From contig JAQBHB010000041.1 of the NCBI GenBank assembly GCA_032128115.1, positions 64,001-128,000 on the forward strand: a stretch of DNA of 64,000 nt, read 5' to 3'. Origin of the DNA: Deltaproteobacteria bacterium. Lineage in GTDB: Bacteria; Myxococcota_A; UBA9160; SMWR01. Shown piece by piece: positions 43,692-53,494 of the stretch; the first letter of the stretch is position 1, and each line of letters opens with the position of its first letter. The notes below the pieces were generated by a model. That model was not told the DNA's origin. It did not search any database and saw only the letters and a program-made list of their open reading frames with translations. A program made the position numbers and the translations under genes.

Positions 43692-44789
43692 ATGGGCAGC
43701 ACGTTCGGACAGATCTTCCGGATCACGACCTTTGGCGAGAGCCACGGCGGCGGCGTGGGCGTCGTGTTGGACGGCTGCCCCCCGCGTCTGGCGATCACGG
43801 CCGAGCAGATCCAGCGCGACCTGGACCGGCGCCGCCCGGGCCAGAGCCGACTGACCACGCCGCGTCAGGAGGCCGATCAGGTCGAGATCCTTTCCGGTGT
43901 CTTCGAGGGACGCACCCTGGGCTCCCCCATCGCGCTGCTGGTGCGCAACAAGGACACGCGCCCCTCGGCCTATGAGGACATGAAGAACGTCTACCGGCCC
44001 TCCCACGCCGACTACACCACCGAGGCCAAGTACGGAATCCGCAATTGGCAGGGCGGCGGGCGCGCCAGCGCCCGCGAAACGGTGGGCCGCGTGGCCGCCG
44101 GCGCCATCGCCCGCGCGCTGCTGCGGGATGTGGCGGGCGTCCAGGTGCTGGCCTGGGTCCACCGGGTGCACGAAGTGGAAGCCGTGGTGGATGCCGCGGC
44201 CGTGACCCTCGAGGCCGTCGAGTCGAACCTGGTGCGTTGCCCCGATCCCGCGGCGGCTGAGCAGATGATCCAGCGTATCGATGCCGCCCGCGAACGCGGC
44301 GATTCGCTGGGGGGCGTGGTCGAGTGCGTGGCTCGGGGCGTACCGCCGGGGCTCGGCGATCCCGTCTTCGACAAACTCGAGGCCGACCTGGCCCATGGGC
44401 TGATGTCGCTCCCGGCGTCCAAGGGATTCGAAATCGGAAGCGGTTTCCAGGGCACGCGCATGACGGGCATCGAGCACAACGACCCGTTCGTTCCCGGAGA
44501 CGACGGGCGACCGCGAACCGCGTCGAACCGCTCGGGCGGCATCCAGGGTGGCATCAGCAACGGCGAGCCGGTGGTGTTGCGCGTGGCCTTCAAGCCCACA
44601 GCCACCATCGCAAAGGCCCAGCAGACCGTCGACCGCGAGGGCAAAGCCGCGATTCTCGAAGCCCGGGGGCGCCACGACCCGTGCGTGCTGCCCCGGGCGG
44701 TCCCCATGGTGGAAGCGATGGTGTGTCTGGTGCTCGCCGATCACTGGCTGCGCCAGCAAAGCGTCGACTCGCTACCCGCGCTGGATTGA
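43692..44789 (+). CDS. aroC: Chorismate synthase
   Basis: [38 protein letters not shown]. Confidence 0.98.
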   Translation: MGSTFGQIFRITTFGESHGGGVGVVLDGCPPRLAITAEQIQRDLDRRRPGQSRLTTPRQEADQVEILSGVFEGRTLGSPIALLVRNKDTRPSAYEDMKNVYRPSHADYTTEAKYGIRNWQGGGRASARETVGRVAAGAIARALLRDVAGVQVLAWVHRVHEVEAVVDAAAVTLEAVESNLVRCPDPAAAEQMIQRIDAARERGDSLGGVVECVARGVPPGLGDPVFDKLEADLAHGLMSLPASKGFEIGSGFQGTRMTGIEHNDPFVPGDDGRPRTASNRSGGIQGGISNGEPVVLRVAFKPTATIAKAQQTVDREGKAAILEARGRHDPCVLPRAVPMVEAMVCLVLADHWLRQQSVDSLPALD

Positions 44790-44804
44790 TCCGAGCAGCC
44801 CGAC

Positions 44805-45254
44805 TCAGGGCAGCAGCACGAATCCTGCCACGGCCGTCACCGCCGCAGCCAGCACGGCCAGGATCCCCAGCAGCGCGTGGACGTCGAAAGCCCGCGACCG
44901 CCCCTCCTCGATCCGGTGACCCGCCACCGCCGCAGCCCCGAACAGGCTCGCCACCAGCAGACCCAGCCAGCCGTGGAAGCTGTCAAAGGGATCCCAGCCC
45001 CGCAGCCACACCGCCGACACGGGTCCGCCCACGAAGCCCACGAGCAACAGGGCCACCGCGGGCTTCGCGACCCGAAGGTGTTTGCGGCGGAGCCCGGCGC
45101 CGCCGGCCCCGCCCGGAACCCGGCCGGTGCGTCGCCGCCGGAGACCGAGTCCAACCCGCAGGGCCCACGCCGCCAGCGTCAGGCTCGCGATCATCCACAC
45201 GGGGTGCGCGTAGGCCAGCCAGCGGAGCCAGGCGTCGTGGGACGTGGCGTCCAG
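44805..45254 (-). CDS. DUF4079-like 4-TM membrane protein (cytochrome b561-like His pattern)
   Basis: LAYAHP, RRKH, SFHG and VHALLG with hydrophobic helices. The first canonical start (GTG 45200) lies after the HP motif; the frame is open to CTG 45254. Confidence 0.65.
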   Translation of the reverse strand: MDATSHDAWLRWLAYAHPVWMIASLTLAAWALRVGLGLRRRRTGRVPGGAGGAGLRRKHLRVAKPAVALLLVGFVGGPVSAVWLRGWDPFDSFHGWLGLLVASLFGAAAVAGHRIEEGRSRAFDVHALLGILAVLAAAVTAVAGFVLLP

Positions 45255-45983
45255 TCACTCCACCTCGTGGATGGCGTCGCTGGAAAGGCTTTCCAGCAGC
45301 GACTTCAGCGCGCGCTCCAGGTAGTCGGCGTCGCGCGATTCGAGCGTGAGCAACACGTGATAGTCCGGCCTGTCGAAGTGGGGATACGAGCCCAGCATCA
45401 AGCGGGGGAAGCGCCGGAGCAGGCCGTCGAGCAAGGGCACCAGATCGCTCTCGCGCTGCTTCACGTACACCCGCTTCAGGGCGAAGGGCACACCCCGAAA
45501 GCGCTCCTGAATCGACTCGAATTTCTTGATCAGCAGCGCGGGCACGCCGGGAAAGATGTACACGTTCTCCAGGATGATGGCCGGGAACCACAGGTCGCCG
45601 GCATCCACGAGCGTCGCACCCTCGGGAACCCTCGCCATCTTGAGCTGGTGCTCGTCCGGAGCCTTTCCTCCCTCTGCGCGCTTGAGTCGACCGGCGATCG
45701 ATTCGTTGCGCACCACCGAACGACCGAAGGCGGCCGCAACCCCTTCCATGGTGAGGTCGTCGTGGGTGGGTCCGATGCCACCGGACGTGAACACGAAGTC
45801 GTAGGCGGCGGCCATCGCCTTGACCTCGGCGGCGATGATCTCCACCTGGTCCGGGATCGTGAGGATGCGCTCCACGTCTACACCCAGTGCCCGAAGCTTC
45901 CTGCACAGGTACGGGGAGTTGGTGTCCTGGATCTTTCCGGAGAGGATCTCGTTGCCGATGATGAGGATGCCAGCCGACGGCAT
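45255..45983 (-). CDS. CinA-like molybdopterin-binding-domain protein (COG1058 type)
   Basis: IIGNEILSGKIQDTN, TSGGIGPTHDDLT, FPGVP, GSYP. Confidence 0.88.
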   Translation of the reverse strand: MPSAGILIIGNEILSGKIQDTNSPYLCRKLRALGVDVERILTIPDQVEIIAAEVKAMAAAYDFVFTSGGIGPTHDDLTMEGVAAAFGRSVVRNESIAGRLKRAEGGKAPDEHQLKMARVPEGATLVDAGDLWFPAIILENVYIFPGVPALLIKKFESIQERFRGVPFALKRVYVKQRESDLVPLLDGLLRRFPRLMLGSYPHFDRPDYHVLLTLESRDADYLERALKSLLESLSSDAIHEVE

Positions 45984-46073
45984 GACGGAAGCAGCATATC
46001 GAACGGGGCCACGCGCACCAACCGGCTCGCCAGCCCGCTTGGAGCCGCTAGCGGGCTCGCGTATGATCGGCGC

Positions 46074-46364
46074 GTGGACGTTCTGGTGCGCTTTCGCCCG
46101 TCGGACCGCAGCGTTCGCGTGCCGGTCGGCACTACGCTTCTCGAAGCAGCCCACCGGGCCGAGCTGCCGGTGGCAAGAGCCTGCGGTGCCCGGGGCCTGT
46201 GCGGGCGCTGCGGAATGCGGGTGCTGGCCGGGGCTGCGGGGCTCGAGCCGGAAGGCGCGATCGAGACCCGCGCAAAACAACGGAACCGCGTGGACCCTGC
46301 CGAACGGCTCTCGTGTCAGGTGACCCCCACCGGCGACGTTCTGGTGACCGCCCGCTACTGGTAG
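46074..46364 (+). CDS. 2Fe-2S ferredoxin
   Basis: GTTLLEAA, ACGARGLCGRC, RLSCQ. Confidence 0.88.
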   Translation: MDVLVRFRPSDRSVRVPVGTTLLEAAHRAELPVARACGARGLCGRCGMRVLAGAAGLEPEGAIETRAKQRNRVDPAERLSCQVTPTGDVLVTARYW

Positions 46365-46400
46365 GAAGAGCCTGGCCCCCCGGACCGAGGAGATCACGCG

Positions 46401-47330
46401 ATGCGGGAAATTAGGATCGGCGTCACCCTGGGAGACGCAGGGGGAAGCGACCTGGATACCCTGCTCGATCGCTTCCGACGGGCGGAGGCATCCGGCTTCC
46501 AGACCGGGTGGATTCCCAACATCTTCGGTTTCGACGCACTGACCCTGGCGGCCCTCGCCGGTCGCGTCACCGAGACCCTCGAGATCGGAACCGCCGTGGT
46601 TCCCACCCACTCGCGGCATCCACTCTACATGGCGCAGCAGGCGCTCTCGACCCAGGCGGCCTGCAAGGGGCGCTTCGTTCTGGGCCTGGGACCCAGTCAC
46701 AGGGTGGTGATCGAGAACATGCTGGGCCTCTCCTTCGAGAAGCCCGCCAGACATGTCCGCGAGTACATCAAGGTGGTGAGCGACCTGGTGTACACGGGCA
46801 AGACCGCCTTCCATGGCGAAACGCTCCGGGTCAACGGTGCGGTCAGCGTGGCTTCCGGAGGCCCGTGCCCGATCCTGATCGGCGCCCTGGGACCGATGAT
46901 GCGGCGCGTCTGCGGCGAACTCACCCAGGGCACGATCACGTGGATGACCGGCACCCGCACCCTTGGCGAAATCGTCGTTCCGGGCATCCGCGCCGCGGCC
47001 GCAAACGCCGGCCGCCCGGGCCCCCGCGTGGTGGCCGGATTTCCGGTGGTTCTCACCCGTGACCCGGGTGCAGCCCGCGACGCCGCCTCGAAGATGTTCG
47101 CAAACTACGGGATGCTGCCGTCCTATCGAGCCATGCTCGATGCCGAAGGCGTGGCGGATCCAGCCGAGTTGGCCATCACCGGAGACGCCAACACCATCGA
47201 GACGGCGATCCGCGGCCTGGCCTCGGCGGGGGTCACCGACTTCAATGCGTTCGTCTACCCGGCCGGCCCCGATCCCCGGGCCGCCATCGACGAAACCTGG
47301 GAGCTGCTGGCGCAGCTCAACCGGAGCTGA
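46401..47330 (+). CDS. Luciferase-like monooxygenase (LLM) class, putatively F420-dependent oxidoreductase
   Basis: IGTAVVP, GRFVLGLGPSH, IGALGPMM, PSYRAML. Confidence 0.85.
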   Translation: MREIRIGVTLGDAGGSDLDTLLDRFRRAEASGFQTGWIPNIFGFDALTLAALAGRVTETLEIGTAVVPTHSRHPLYMAQQALSTQAACKGRFVLGLGPSHRVVIENMLGLSFEKPARHVREYIKVVSDLVYTGKTAFHGETLRVNGAVSVASGGPCPILIGALGPMMRRVCGELTQGTITWMTGTRTLGEIVVPGIRAAAANAGRPGPRVVAGFPVVLTRDPGAARDAASKMFANYGMLPSYRAMLDAEGVADPAELAITGDANTIETAIRGLASAGVTDFNAFVYPAGPDPRAAIDETWELLAQLNRS

Positions 47331-47333
47331 GGC

Positions 47334-48509
47334 GTGTCGGAGAAGCAGAAAGCTCCCGGGTTCCAGACCCGCGCCATCCACGAGGGCCAGGAGCCGGATC
47401 CCACCACCGGCGCCACCATCACGCCGGTCTACCAGACGGTGACCTACACGCTGGATGCGGTGGATCGCAGCCGCGGTTGGGAGTACTCGCGCAGCGCCAA
47501 CCCCACCCGCGATGCCCTGGAGCGGTGCCTGGCCTCTCTGGAAGGCGGCCGCTTCGGGCTGGCCTACGCCTCGGGCATGGCCGCCATCAGCGGCGTCATG
47601 CAGGTGCTCGCAAGCGGCGACCACGTGGTGGTGGCCGACGACCTGTACGGGGGAAGCCATCGCCTGTTTTCGCAGTTGATGCCGCGCTTCGGCGTTCGCT
47701 TCACCTATGTGGACGCGACGCGCCCGGAAGAAGTCGACAAGGCCGTGTGCGAGGCCACGAAGCTCGTCTGGATCGAGAGCCCCACCAATCCCATGCTGCG
47801 GCTGATCGACGTAGAGGCCTGCGGCGAGATCGCGCGCCGCCACGGGGCACGTCTGGTGGTGGACAATACATTCGCCACGCCGTACCTGCAGAACCCGTTG
47901 GCGCTCGGCGCCCACGTGGTGGTGCACTCCACCACCAAATACATCGGCGGGCACTCGGACGTGATCGGCGGCGCCGTGGTCGTGGACGACGAGGGCTACG
48001 CCGACTCGCTGCGCTTCGCCCGCAACGCCACCGGCGGGGTCCCCGGCCCGTGGGACGCCTGGCTCACCCTGCGCGGCCTGAAAACCCTGGCCTTGCGCAT
48101 GCGCCAGCACCAGGAGAACGCCGCGGCGATCGCCGCGTTCCTGAAGGGCCGTCCGGAGGTTGCGCGAGTGCACTATCCGGGTCTGCCCGACCACCCGGGA
48201 CATGAGCTTGCGGCGAAGCAGATGCGCGGTTTCGGCGGCATGGTCACCATCGATCTCACGGGCGGACCGGAAGCGGCCCGCCACGTGTGTCAGGCCACCA
48301 GGCTCTTTTCCCTGGGCGAGAGCCTGGGCGGCGTCGAGTCGCTGATCGGATATCCATGGACCATGAGCCACGCCGCCTTTGCGCCCGAAGAGAAGCGCCG
48401 CAAGGGAATCAGCGAGGCGACGGTGCGTCTCTCGGTGGGGATCGAGGACGCGGACGATCTGTGCGGCGACCTGGAACGGGCCCTATCCACCGCCCCGGGC
48501 GCCGGGTGA
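47334..48509 (+). CDS. Cystathionine gamma-lyase/synthase family (Cys/Met metabolism PLP enzyme)
   Basis: YSRSANPTR, SGMAAI, ESPTNP, VDNTF, STTKYIGGHSD, SLGGVESL. Confidence 0.93.
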   Translation: MSEKQKAPGFQTRAIHEGQEPDPTTGATITPVYQTVTYTLDAVDRSRGWEYSRSANPTRDALERCLASLEGGRFGLAYASGMAAISGVMQVLASGDHVVVADDLYGGSHRLFSQLMPRFGVRFTYVDATRPEEVDKAVCEATKLVWIESPTNPMLRLIDVEACGEIARRHGARLVVDNTFATPYLQNPLALGAHVVVHSTTKYIGGHSDVIGGAVVVDDEGYADSLRFARNATGGVPGPWDAWLTLRGLKTLALRMRQHQENAAAIAAFLKGRPEVARVHYPGLPDHPGHELAAKQMRGFGGMVTIDLTGGPEAARHVCQATRLFSLGESLGGVESLIGYPWTMSHAAFAPEEKRRKGISEATVRLSVGIEDADDLCGDLERALSTAPGAG

Positions 48510-48874
48510 TCCGCGCGATCCTGATCGTAGACCACGGCAGCCGACGTCCGGAGGCCAACGCCGATCTCGATCGAATCGCCGATCAGGTCCGCCAGCGCGT
48601 TCCCGACCAGGTGGTGCAGGTGGCCCATCTGGAGATCGCAGCGCCAAGCATCGCCGAGGGTCTGGACGCCTGCGTCCGGGCGGGCGCCCGGGAGATCGTG
48701 GTGCATCCCTATTTCCTGGCCCCGGGCAACCACACCACCCACGACATCCCGCGCTGCGTCTCGGAGGCCGCCGCCAGACACCCGGACGTGGAAGTCCGGA
48801 TCAGCGAGGCGCTGGGCCCGGACGCGCGTTTCGTGGACGTGATCCTGGATCGTGTGGAACGGGTGCGGAGCTGA
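48506..48874 (+). CDS. Short CbiX/SirB-type chelatase domain protein
   Basis: IVDHGSRRPEAN, AHLE, HPYFLAPGNHTTHDIP; GTGA overlap. Confidence 0.88.
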   Translation: MIRAILIVDHGSRRPEANADLDRIADQVRQRVPDQVVQVAHLEIAAPSIAEGLDACVRAGAREIVVHPYFLAPGNHTTHDIPRCVSEAAARHPDVEVRISEALGPDARFVDVILDRVERVRS

Positions 48875-50127
48875 ACCCGTCGGGGCGCCTGCTCGGTCTT
48901 CCCTCCATTGCCATCGCGTGGTTCTTCACCCTGGGCGGACTCGGGATCTTCTTCCCGTACTACAGCCTCTACCTGGGAGAGAACGCGGGTCTCCCGGGAA
49001 CCCAGGTGGGCATCGTGATGTCCATGATCCCACTCATGGGCATCGCGGCTCAGCCCTTCTGGGGCCAGGTGGCCGACCGGACGGGCTCGCGCGCTCGCGT
49101 GCTGGTGTGGTTGGGGCTCGGCGCCGCCGCAGGCCACACGCTTCTCTACACGGCCGGGGGATTCGCGAGCGTGCTGTTGGCCACGTGCGTGCTGGCGTTC
49201 TTCGGAACCGCCCTGATTCCCATGACTCTGTCGGTGACCCTGGCGCTCACCCGTGACCGCGGCGCCGGGGCCTTCGGACGCATGCGCGTGTGGGGAACCA
49301 TTGGCTTCCTGCTCGTAGTGGTGACGTTCCCACTGGGTCTGCACGTCCTGCAGCGACGTCTCGGACTCGAGGCAACGCCCGGAATCTCGGAGCCGGGACT
49401 CGCTCTCATGTTCCCGCTCACGGCCGTCTGTCTGTTGGTGGGAGCGTTCGTGGCACTGACGCTTCCGCGCGGGGGCGCCATCTCGCTGCGCGCACCGCGG
49501 GGCGACTGGCGACGGCTGATGCGCCACGGACCCTTCCTGCGCCTGCTGGCCTTCGCCGTATTGGCCCACGGCTGCCTGCAGGGGCCCATGGCCATGTTCT
49601 CACTGTACGTGCGCGCCCACGGCGGAAGCCTCGACTCGATCGCCCGGATGTGGGTGCTGATGCTGGCACTGGAGATTCCACTGATCTTCCTGTCCGGGGC
49701 CAGCCTGGCCCGCTTCGGTCCGCGCGGGCTGCTGGCGATTGGCGTGATCGCGGGCGGCGTGCGCTGGACCGTGTGCGGCTTCATCAGCGACCCTGCCTGG
49801 ATCTACGCAGTGCAGATCCTGCACGGCGTGGTGGTGGCCGGGCTCGTGATCGGCGGCCCCCTCTACGTGGAGGCAGTGGTTCCCGAGCGATTGCGCTCCA
49901 CGGGCCAGGGACTGCTGGCCATGATCGGGGTGAGCGTGGGCGGCATCGTGTCGAACCTGTCCACGGGCTGGCTTCTGGAGCACGTGGGGCCCGACGCGCC
50001 CTACAGGGTGGGGGGCGCCGGGGCCCTGGCGCTTGGATGCCTGCTCCCGCTGCTGATCCCACCGGCGCGGCGCCCGGCGGCCGCCGACGGCGAAGACACT
50101 CCGGAATATGCAGTCAGGAGTCGATGA
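48871..50127 (+). CDS. MFS transporter (MFS_1-like, HcaT/PPP-related)
   Basis: About 12 TM segments, PFWGQVADRTG, FGRMRVWGTIGF, LRSTGQG. No ATG/GTG/TTG between the cbiX stop and TM1; start placed at the CTG overlapping that stop. Confidence 0.8.
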   Translation: MNPSGRLLGLPSIAIAWFFTLGGLGIFFPYYSLYLGENAGLPGTQVGIVMSMIPLMGIAAQPFWGQVADRTGSRARVLVWLGLGAAAGHTLLYTAGGFASVLLATCVLAFFGTALIPMTLSVTLALTRDRGAGAFGRMRVWGTIGFLLVVVTFPLGLHVLQRRLGLEATPGISEPGLALMFPLTAVCLLVGAFVALTLPRGGAISLRAPRGDWRRLMRHGPFLRLLAFAVLAHGCLQGPMAMFSLYVRAHGGSLDSIARMWVLMLALEIPLIFLSGASLARFGPRGLLAIGVIAGGVRWTVCGFISDPAWIYAVQILHGVVVAGLVIGGPLYVEAVVPERLRSTGQGLLAMIGVSVGGIVSNLSTGWLLEHVGPDAPYRVGGAGALALGCLLPLLIPPARRPAAADGEDTPEYAVRSR

Positions 50128-51391
50128 CGCGAAGCTGCGGAGAGCGCTCATCGGCCTCGCCCTGCGCCGCCAACAGGAAGTCGATCGAAGCCAACACGTC
50201 CGCCGGCAGGATGCCCGTCATGCAGCGCGCCTGGGCAAACCAGCACGAGAGCACCTTGTTGTCATGGACGAACATGCACGGGGAGCAGGCGAGCTTCAGG
50301 TAGTGCAACCGGTGCCGCTGGCCCGCGCGCGACCGCAACGGCCCATACAGGACGGGTGTCTCGGGCCCGAACAGGGCGACGGTGGAGGCCCCTGCGGCCG
50401 ACGCAATGTGGAGCGGCCCGCTGTCGTTGCTGACCACGACCGCCGCGTGCTCCAGCAACGCCACCAGCTCGCCGATGTCGATGCGCCCCGCCAGGTTGAC
50501 CAATCGGCTCTCCACCCGGGATGCATTCACCACCGACTCCACGTACTCGCGCTCGGCGGGCGAGCCGGTCACCACCACGTTCAAGTCGTCGCGTGCCCCC
50601 AGATGGCGCAGCAGCTCGGCGACCTGATCCAGGGGCCAGCGCCGTTCCAGCGCCATGTCGCCCGCGTTGGGATTCACGATCACCAGGGGGCGCCCTTCCC
50701 GCCAGGCGGGGTCGCCTTCCAGCCGCTCCTGGCACGAGGCCCACGCCGACTCGGGAGCCTCGAGCCGCGGCAGGGACTCCGGGCCCATCACCGTGGCGGG
50801 ATCCACTGGATCCATGGGATCGCCGCGCAACAGGTCCAGGAAATTGAGCGCCACGTGGTTGTAGGCGTTGAAGGGGACCTCCACGTCGTGGAGCTTCCCC
50901 CGCCACTTGCCCTTGGCGCTGAAGCCATGGGATCGCCGCGGCTTCGCCAGGAACGAGAAGATGGACGAGAAGCGCGTGAAGAACTCCAGGTCCAACAGCA
51001 GGTCGTAGCCCTCGCGGCGAATTGCCCAGATGCTGCGAAGCGTGTCCAACAGGAAGCCCAGCACCCCGCGGCGAAGGTCCAACAGCACCACGTTGTCGAT
51101 TCCCGGAATCCGCTCCAGGATGACCCGGTTCTCGGTGAGCGTCAGGAAATCGATGCGAGCGCGGGGGTAACGCGTGCGAATCGCTTCCAGCAGCGGTGTC
51201 GCCAGGACGATGCTCCCCATGCCCCACATCTTGAGGAGCAGCACCTTGCGAACGTCTTCTGCCGCCAGCGGCGGGCGCTGGCCGCGCACCAGCTTCTTGA
51301 CGCCCAACAGCCCCGCGCAGACTGTGGAGCCCGCATAGCGGTCGATCCACAGCGCAATCGAGTAGAGCTGGTTCGGCCGCGACGCTCTCAT
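50114..51391 (-). CDS. Glycosyltransferase family 9 (heptosyltransferase-like)
   Basis: KMWGMGSIVLATP, NPNAG...RRWP, VSNDSGPLH, ALFGPE, CSPC. Confidence 0.9.
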   Translation of the reverse strand: MRASRPNQLYSIALWIDRYAGSTVCAGLLGVKKLVRGQRPPLAAEDVRKVLLLKMWGMGSIVLATPLLEAIRTRYPRARIDFLTLTENRVILERIPGIDNVVLLDLRRGVLGFLLDTLRSIWAIRREGYDLLLDLEFFTRFSSIFSFLAKPRRSHGFSAKGKWRGKLHDVEVPFNAYNHVALNFLDLLRGDPMDPVDPATVMGPESLPRLEAPESAWASCQERLEGDPAWREGRPLVIVNPNAGDMALERRWPLDQVAELLRHLGARDDLNVVVTGSPAEREYVESVVNASRVESRLVNLAGRIDIGELVALLEHAAVVVSNDSGPLHIASAAGASTVALFGPETPVLYGPLRSRAGQRHRLHYLKLACSPCMFVHDNKVLSCWFAQARCMTGILPADVLASIDFLLAAQGEADERSPQLRVIDS

Positions 51392-51403
51392 GGGCCGAGT
51401 GTA

Positions 51404-53494
51404 TCACTCCGCTTCGGGCCCCTCGTATCGCAACACCTCGACACCGCCGATGCGGGTTTCAGTGCGATAGTGATCCGCGAGGAAGCCAAGGATCGCGGGG
51501 CCGAAGACCAGCTCATCGGGCAACTCGTCCACCCGGTAGGCGTCATGATCCCACACCACATAGCGCGGAGGCGCCGCCTGCAGGTCGGCCAGTACCTCGG
51601 CCCGGTGGGCATTGGTCACAATCTGGTGTCCCATCACGAAACGGATGGGGCTGGGGCGATCCGTCAGGTAGTAGTAGGCGCCGTCGTCCGGCAGGAAGAG
51701 CACCGGCTCGCCCGGCTCGGTGTGGAGCTGCACCCAGCTCGTGACTCGCGCCAGGTGGCGGCTACCCACGGATTGCATGCCCCGGGTCGCCAGCTGCCAG
51801 GTGTTCTCGAGGGTCCGAAAGCCGAGCTTCAGAGGCTGGGCCGCCTCCAGGAATCCCGCCATCAGGATGAAGACCACGAGCGACGCGGATCGCCACTGGG
51901 CCAGGGGGCGCGCGGCGGAGCCGGCGCGCCACAGGTCGACCAGTCGATCCAGGGCGTAGCCCAGCAGCAGCACGGCGGCGGGCAGCACCACCAGGGTTCG
52001 CGGCAGACTGCTGCGCCCGAGCGCGACCCGGAACGCTGCCAATCCGAACAGGGCAATCAGCACGAGGGCCAGGCGCACCGGGTCTTTTGCCAGGCCCACG
52101 GTGATGCGCCGAAGCGAGTTCCACGGGCGGCGCGGAGAAACGGCCCCCACCGGCAGTGCCCACAGGAGGCCCGCCAGGAACACGGCGGGCACCGCATACG
52201 AGAGACGAAGCTGCAGCGACTCTTCGCTCCCCAGCTGGGAGACGGTCAGGGGAAGGCTCGACGCCAGCGATGGGAAGATCATTTTCGCGTAACCCGCCAT
52301 CAGGTAGCGCGGATACTCCACCAGGTCGCGAAGCATGGGCGCCAGGGCATCGTTTGCGGCGAACCAGATCAGCAGGGGCGCCACAACCGCCGCCATGCCC
52401 GCCGCGAACACGAGCCCGGAGCGGGCGTCACGCCGCAGACCGAAGCTGGCGGCTGCCAGGATTGCGAAGACCGCCCCGTATTCCTGGCTGTAGAGAAGAC
52501 CCGTGCCGCCTGCGATCCCGGCAAGGGCACACCAGCGCAGTCGGCCACCGCGCAGCCACAGCCACAGGAACAGGAGCCCCACCAGGGCGAAGCCCACGCG
52601 CACGGTCACCCAGGGCAGCAGGAACGGAAGCGCAAGCACAAGCACGGGACGGCGCAGCATGGCACCGCCCAACACGAACAGCGAGATCCACCCGAGCAGG
52701 CGCGACAGCGACCAGTGAACATCGTAGGTCGCCACCGACCGGCCCAGCACCCGGAACAGGCCGGCGATGCTCAGGTCATAGAGGGGACCGTACAGGCAGA
52801 AGAAATCGCGGCCCTGGAATCCCCCACTCAGGATCGCGTTGGTCCAGGCCAGATGCTGCCCCGTCTCGCCCAGGTATGTGAAGTTGTCGTACATGAGCCG
52901 CGCGTCTTCCAGGCCGTTCACCAACGCGTAGGTTCTCGAGTAGATGCCGGGCGACAAGACGAGCGCGAGGGCCACGGCCGCGCCCAGCCACAGCAGGATG
53001 CGACCGGCCGATCGGCGCGCAGGAGCGGGCAGGAGAGCCATCTCCGCGCCGTCGGGTTCGCCGTCCAGTTCGCTGTCAAGCTGGCCGTCCAGCGGGCGGC
53101 CAGCCCATCGCATGGCGCCAGAGATGCAGACGGCCGCGACCACCCACGTGGCTCCAAGCCACGTGGGCAACCAGAGCACCGCCAGCAGGGCGGACGCGCC
53201 CAGGACCTCCGCGCGCACGACACCGCGAAAATCACTCGCCGGTCGCTGGAACCCGCGGGCCAGTCCCCAGGTGATCAGGGAACCGGCGACCAGCGCGAAC
53301 GCATACCAGAAGATCTCCTGCTGCATGGGGTAGCGGGCCAGGCTGGCCAGGCTCACGATGCCCAGATCGTTTGGCTGGTACTCGAAGTGGATGGGAAGCC
53401 AGCGGACGATCAGCAGCGTGCACGCCGACGCCAGGGGAAGCGCCGCCAGCACACCGTCGTAGCGGCGCTCTTGCGTACTCACGCGGTCCGCCAT
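51404..53494 (-). CDS. Large polytopic membrane protein, GT-C-like
   Basis: More than 12 TM segments; loop GETGQH...GRDFFCLYGP; C-terminal YYYLTDRPSP...PPRYVV soluble tail like ArnT/PMT-type proteins. Confidence 0.6.
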   Translation of the reverse strand: MADRVSTQERRYDGVLAALPLASACTLLIVRWLPIHFEYQPNDLGIVSLASLARYPMQQEIFWYAFALVAGSLITWGLARGFQRPASDFRGVVRAEVLGASALLAVLWLPTWLGATWVVAAVCISGAMRWAGRPLDGQLDSELDGEPDGAEMALLPAPARRSAGRILLWLGAAVALALVLSPGIYSRTYALVNGLEDARLMYDNFTYLGETGQHLAWTNAILSGGFQGRDFFCLYGPLYDLSIAGLFRVLGRSVATYDVHWSLSRLLGWISLFVLGGAMLRRPVLVLALPFLLPWVTVRVGFALVGLLFLWLWLRGGRLRWCALAGIAGGTGLLYSQEYGAVFAILAAASFGLRRDARSGLVFAAGMAAVVAPLLIWFAANDALAPMLRDLVEYPRYLMAGYAKMIFPSLASSLPLTVSQLGSEESLQLRLSYAVPAVFLAGLLWALPVGAVSPRRPWNSLRRITVGLAKDPVRLALVLIALFGLAAFRVALGRSSLPRTLVVLPAAVLLLGYALDRLVDLWRAGSAARPLAQWRSASLVVFILMAGFLEAAQPLKLGFRTLENTWQLATRGMQSVGSRHLARVTSWVQLHTEPGEPVLFLPDDGAYYYLTDRPSPIRFVMGHQIVTNAHRAEVLADLQAAPPRYVVWDHDAYRVDELPDELVFGPAILGFLADHYRTETRIGGVEVLRYEGPEAE

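Noticed and set aside
45984..48371. 1038-aa fusion ORF ending in the CinA-like domain
   Set aside because: The upstream part is antisense to the ferredoxin, LLM and lyase genes; the real gene starts at ATG 45983.
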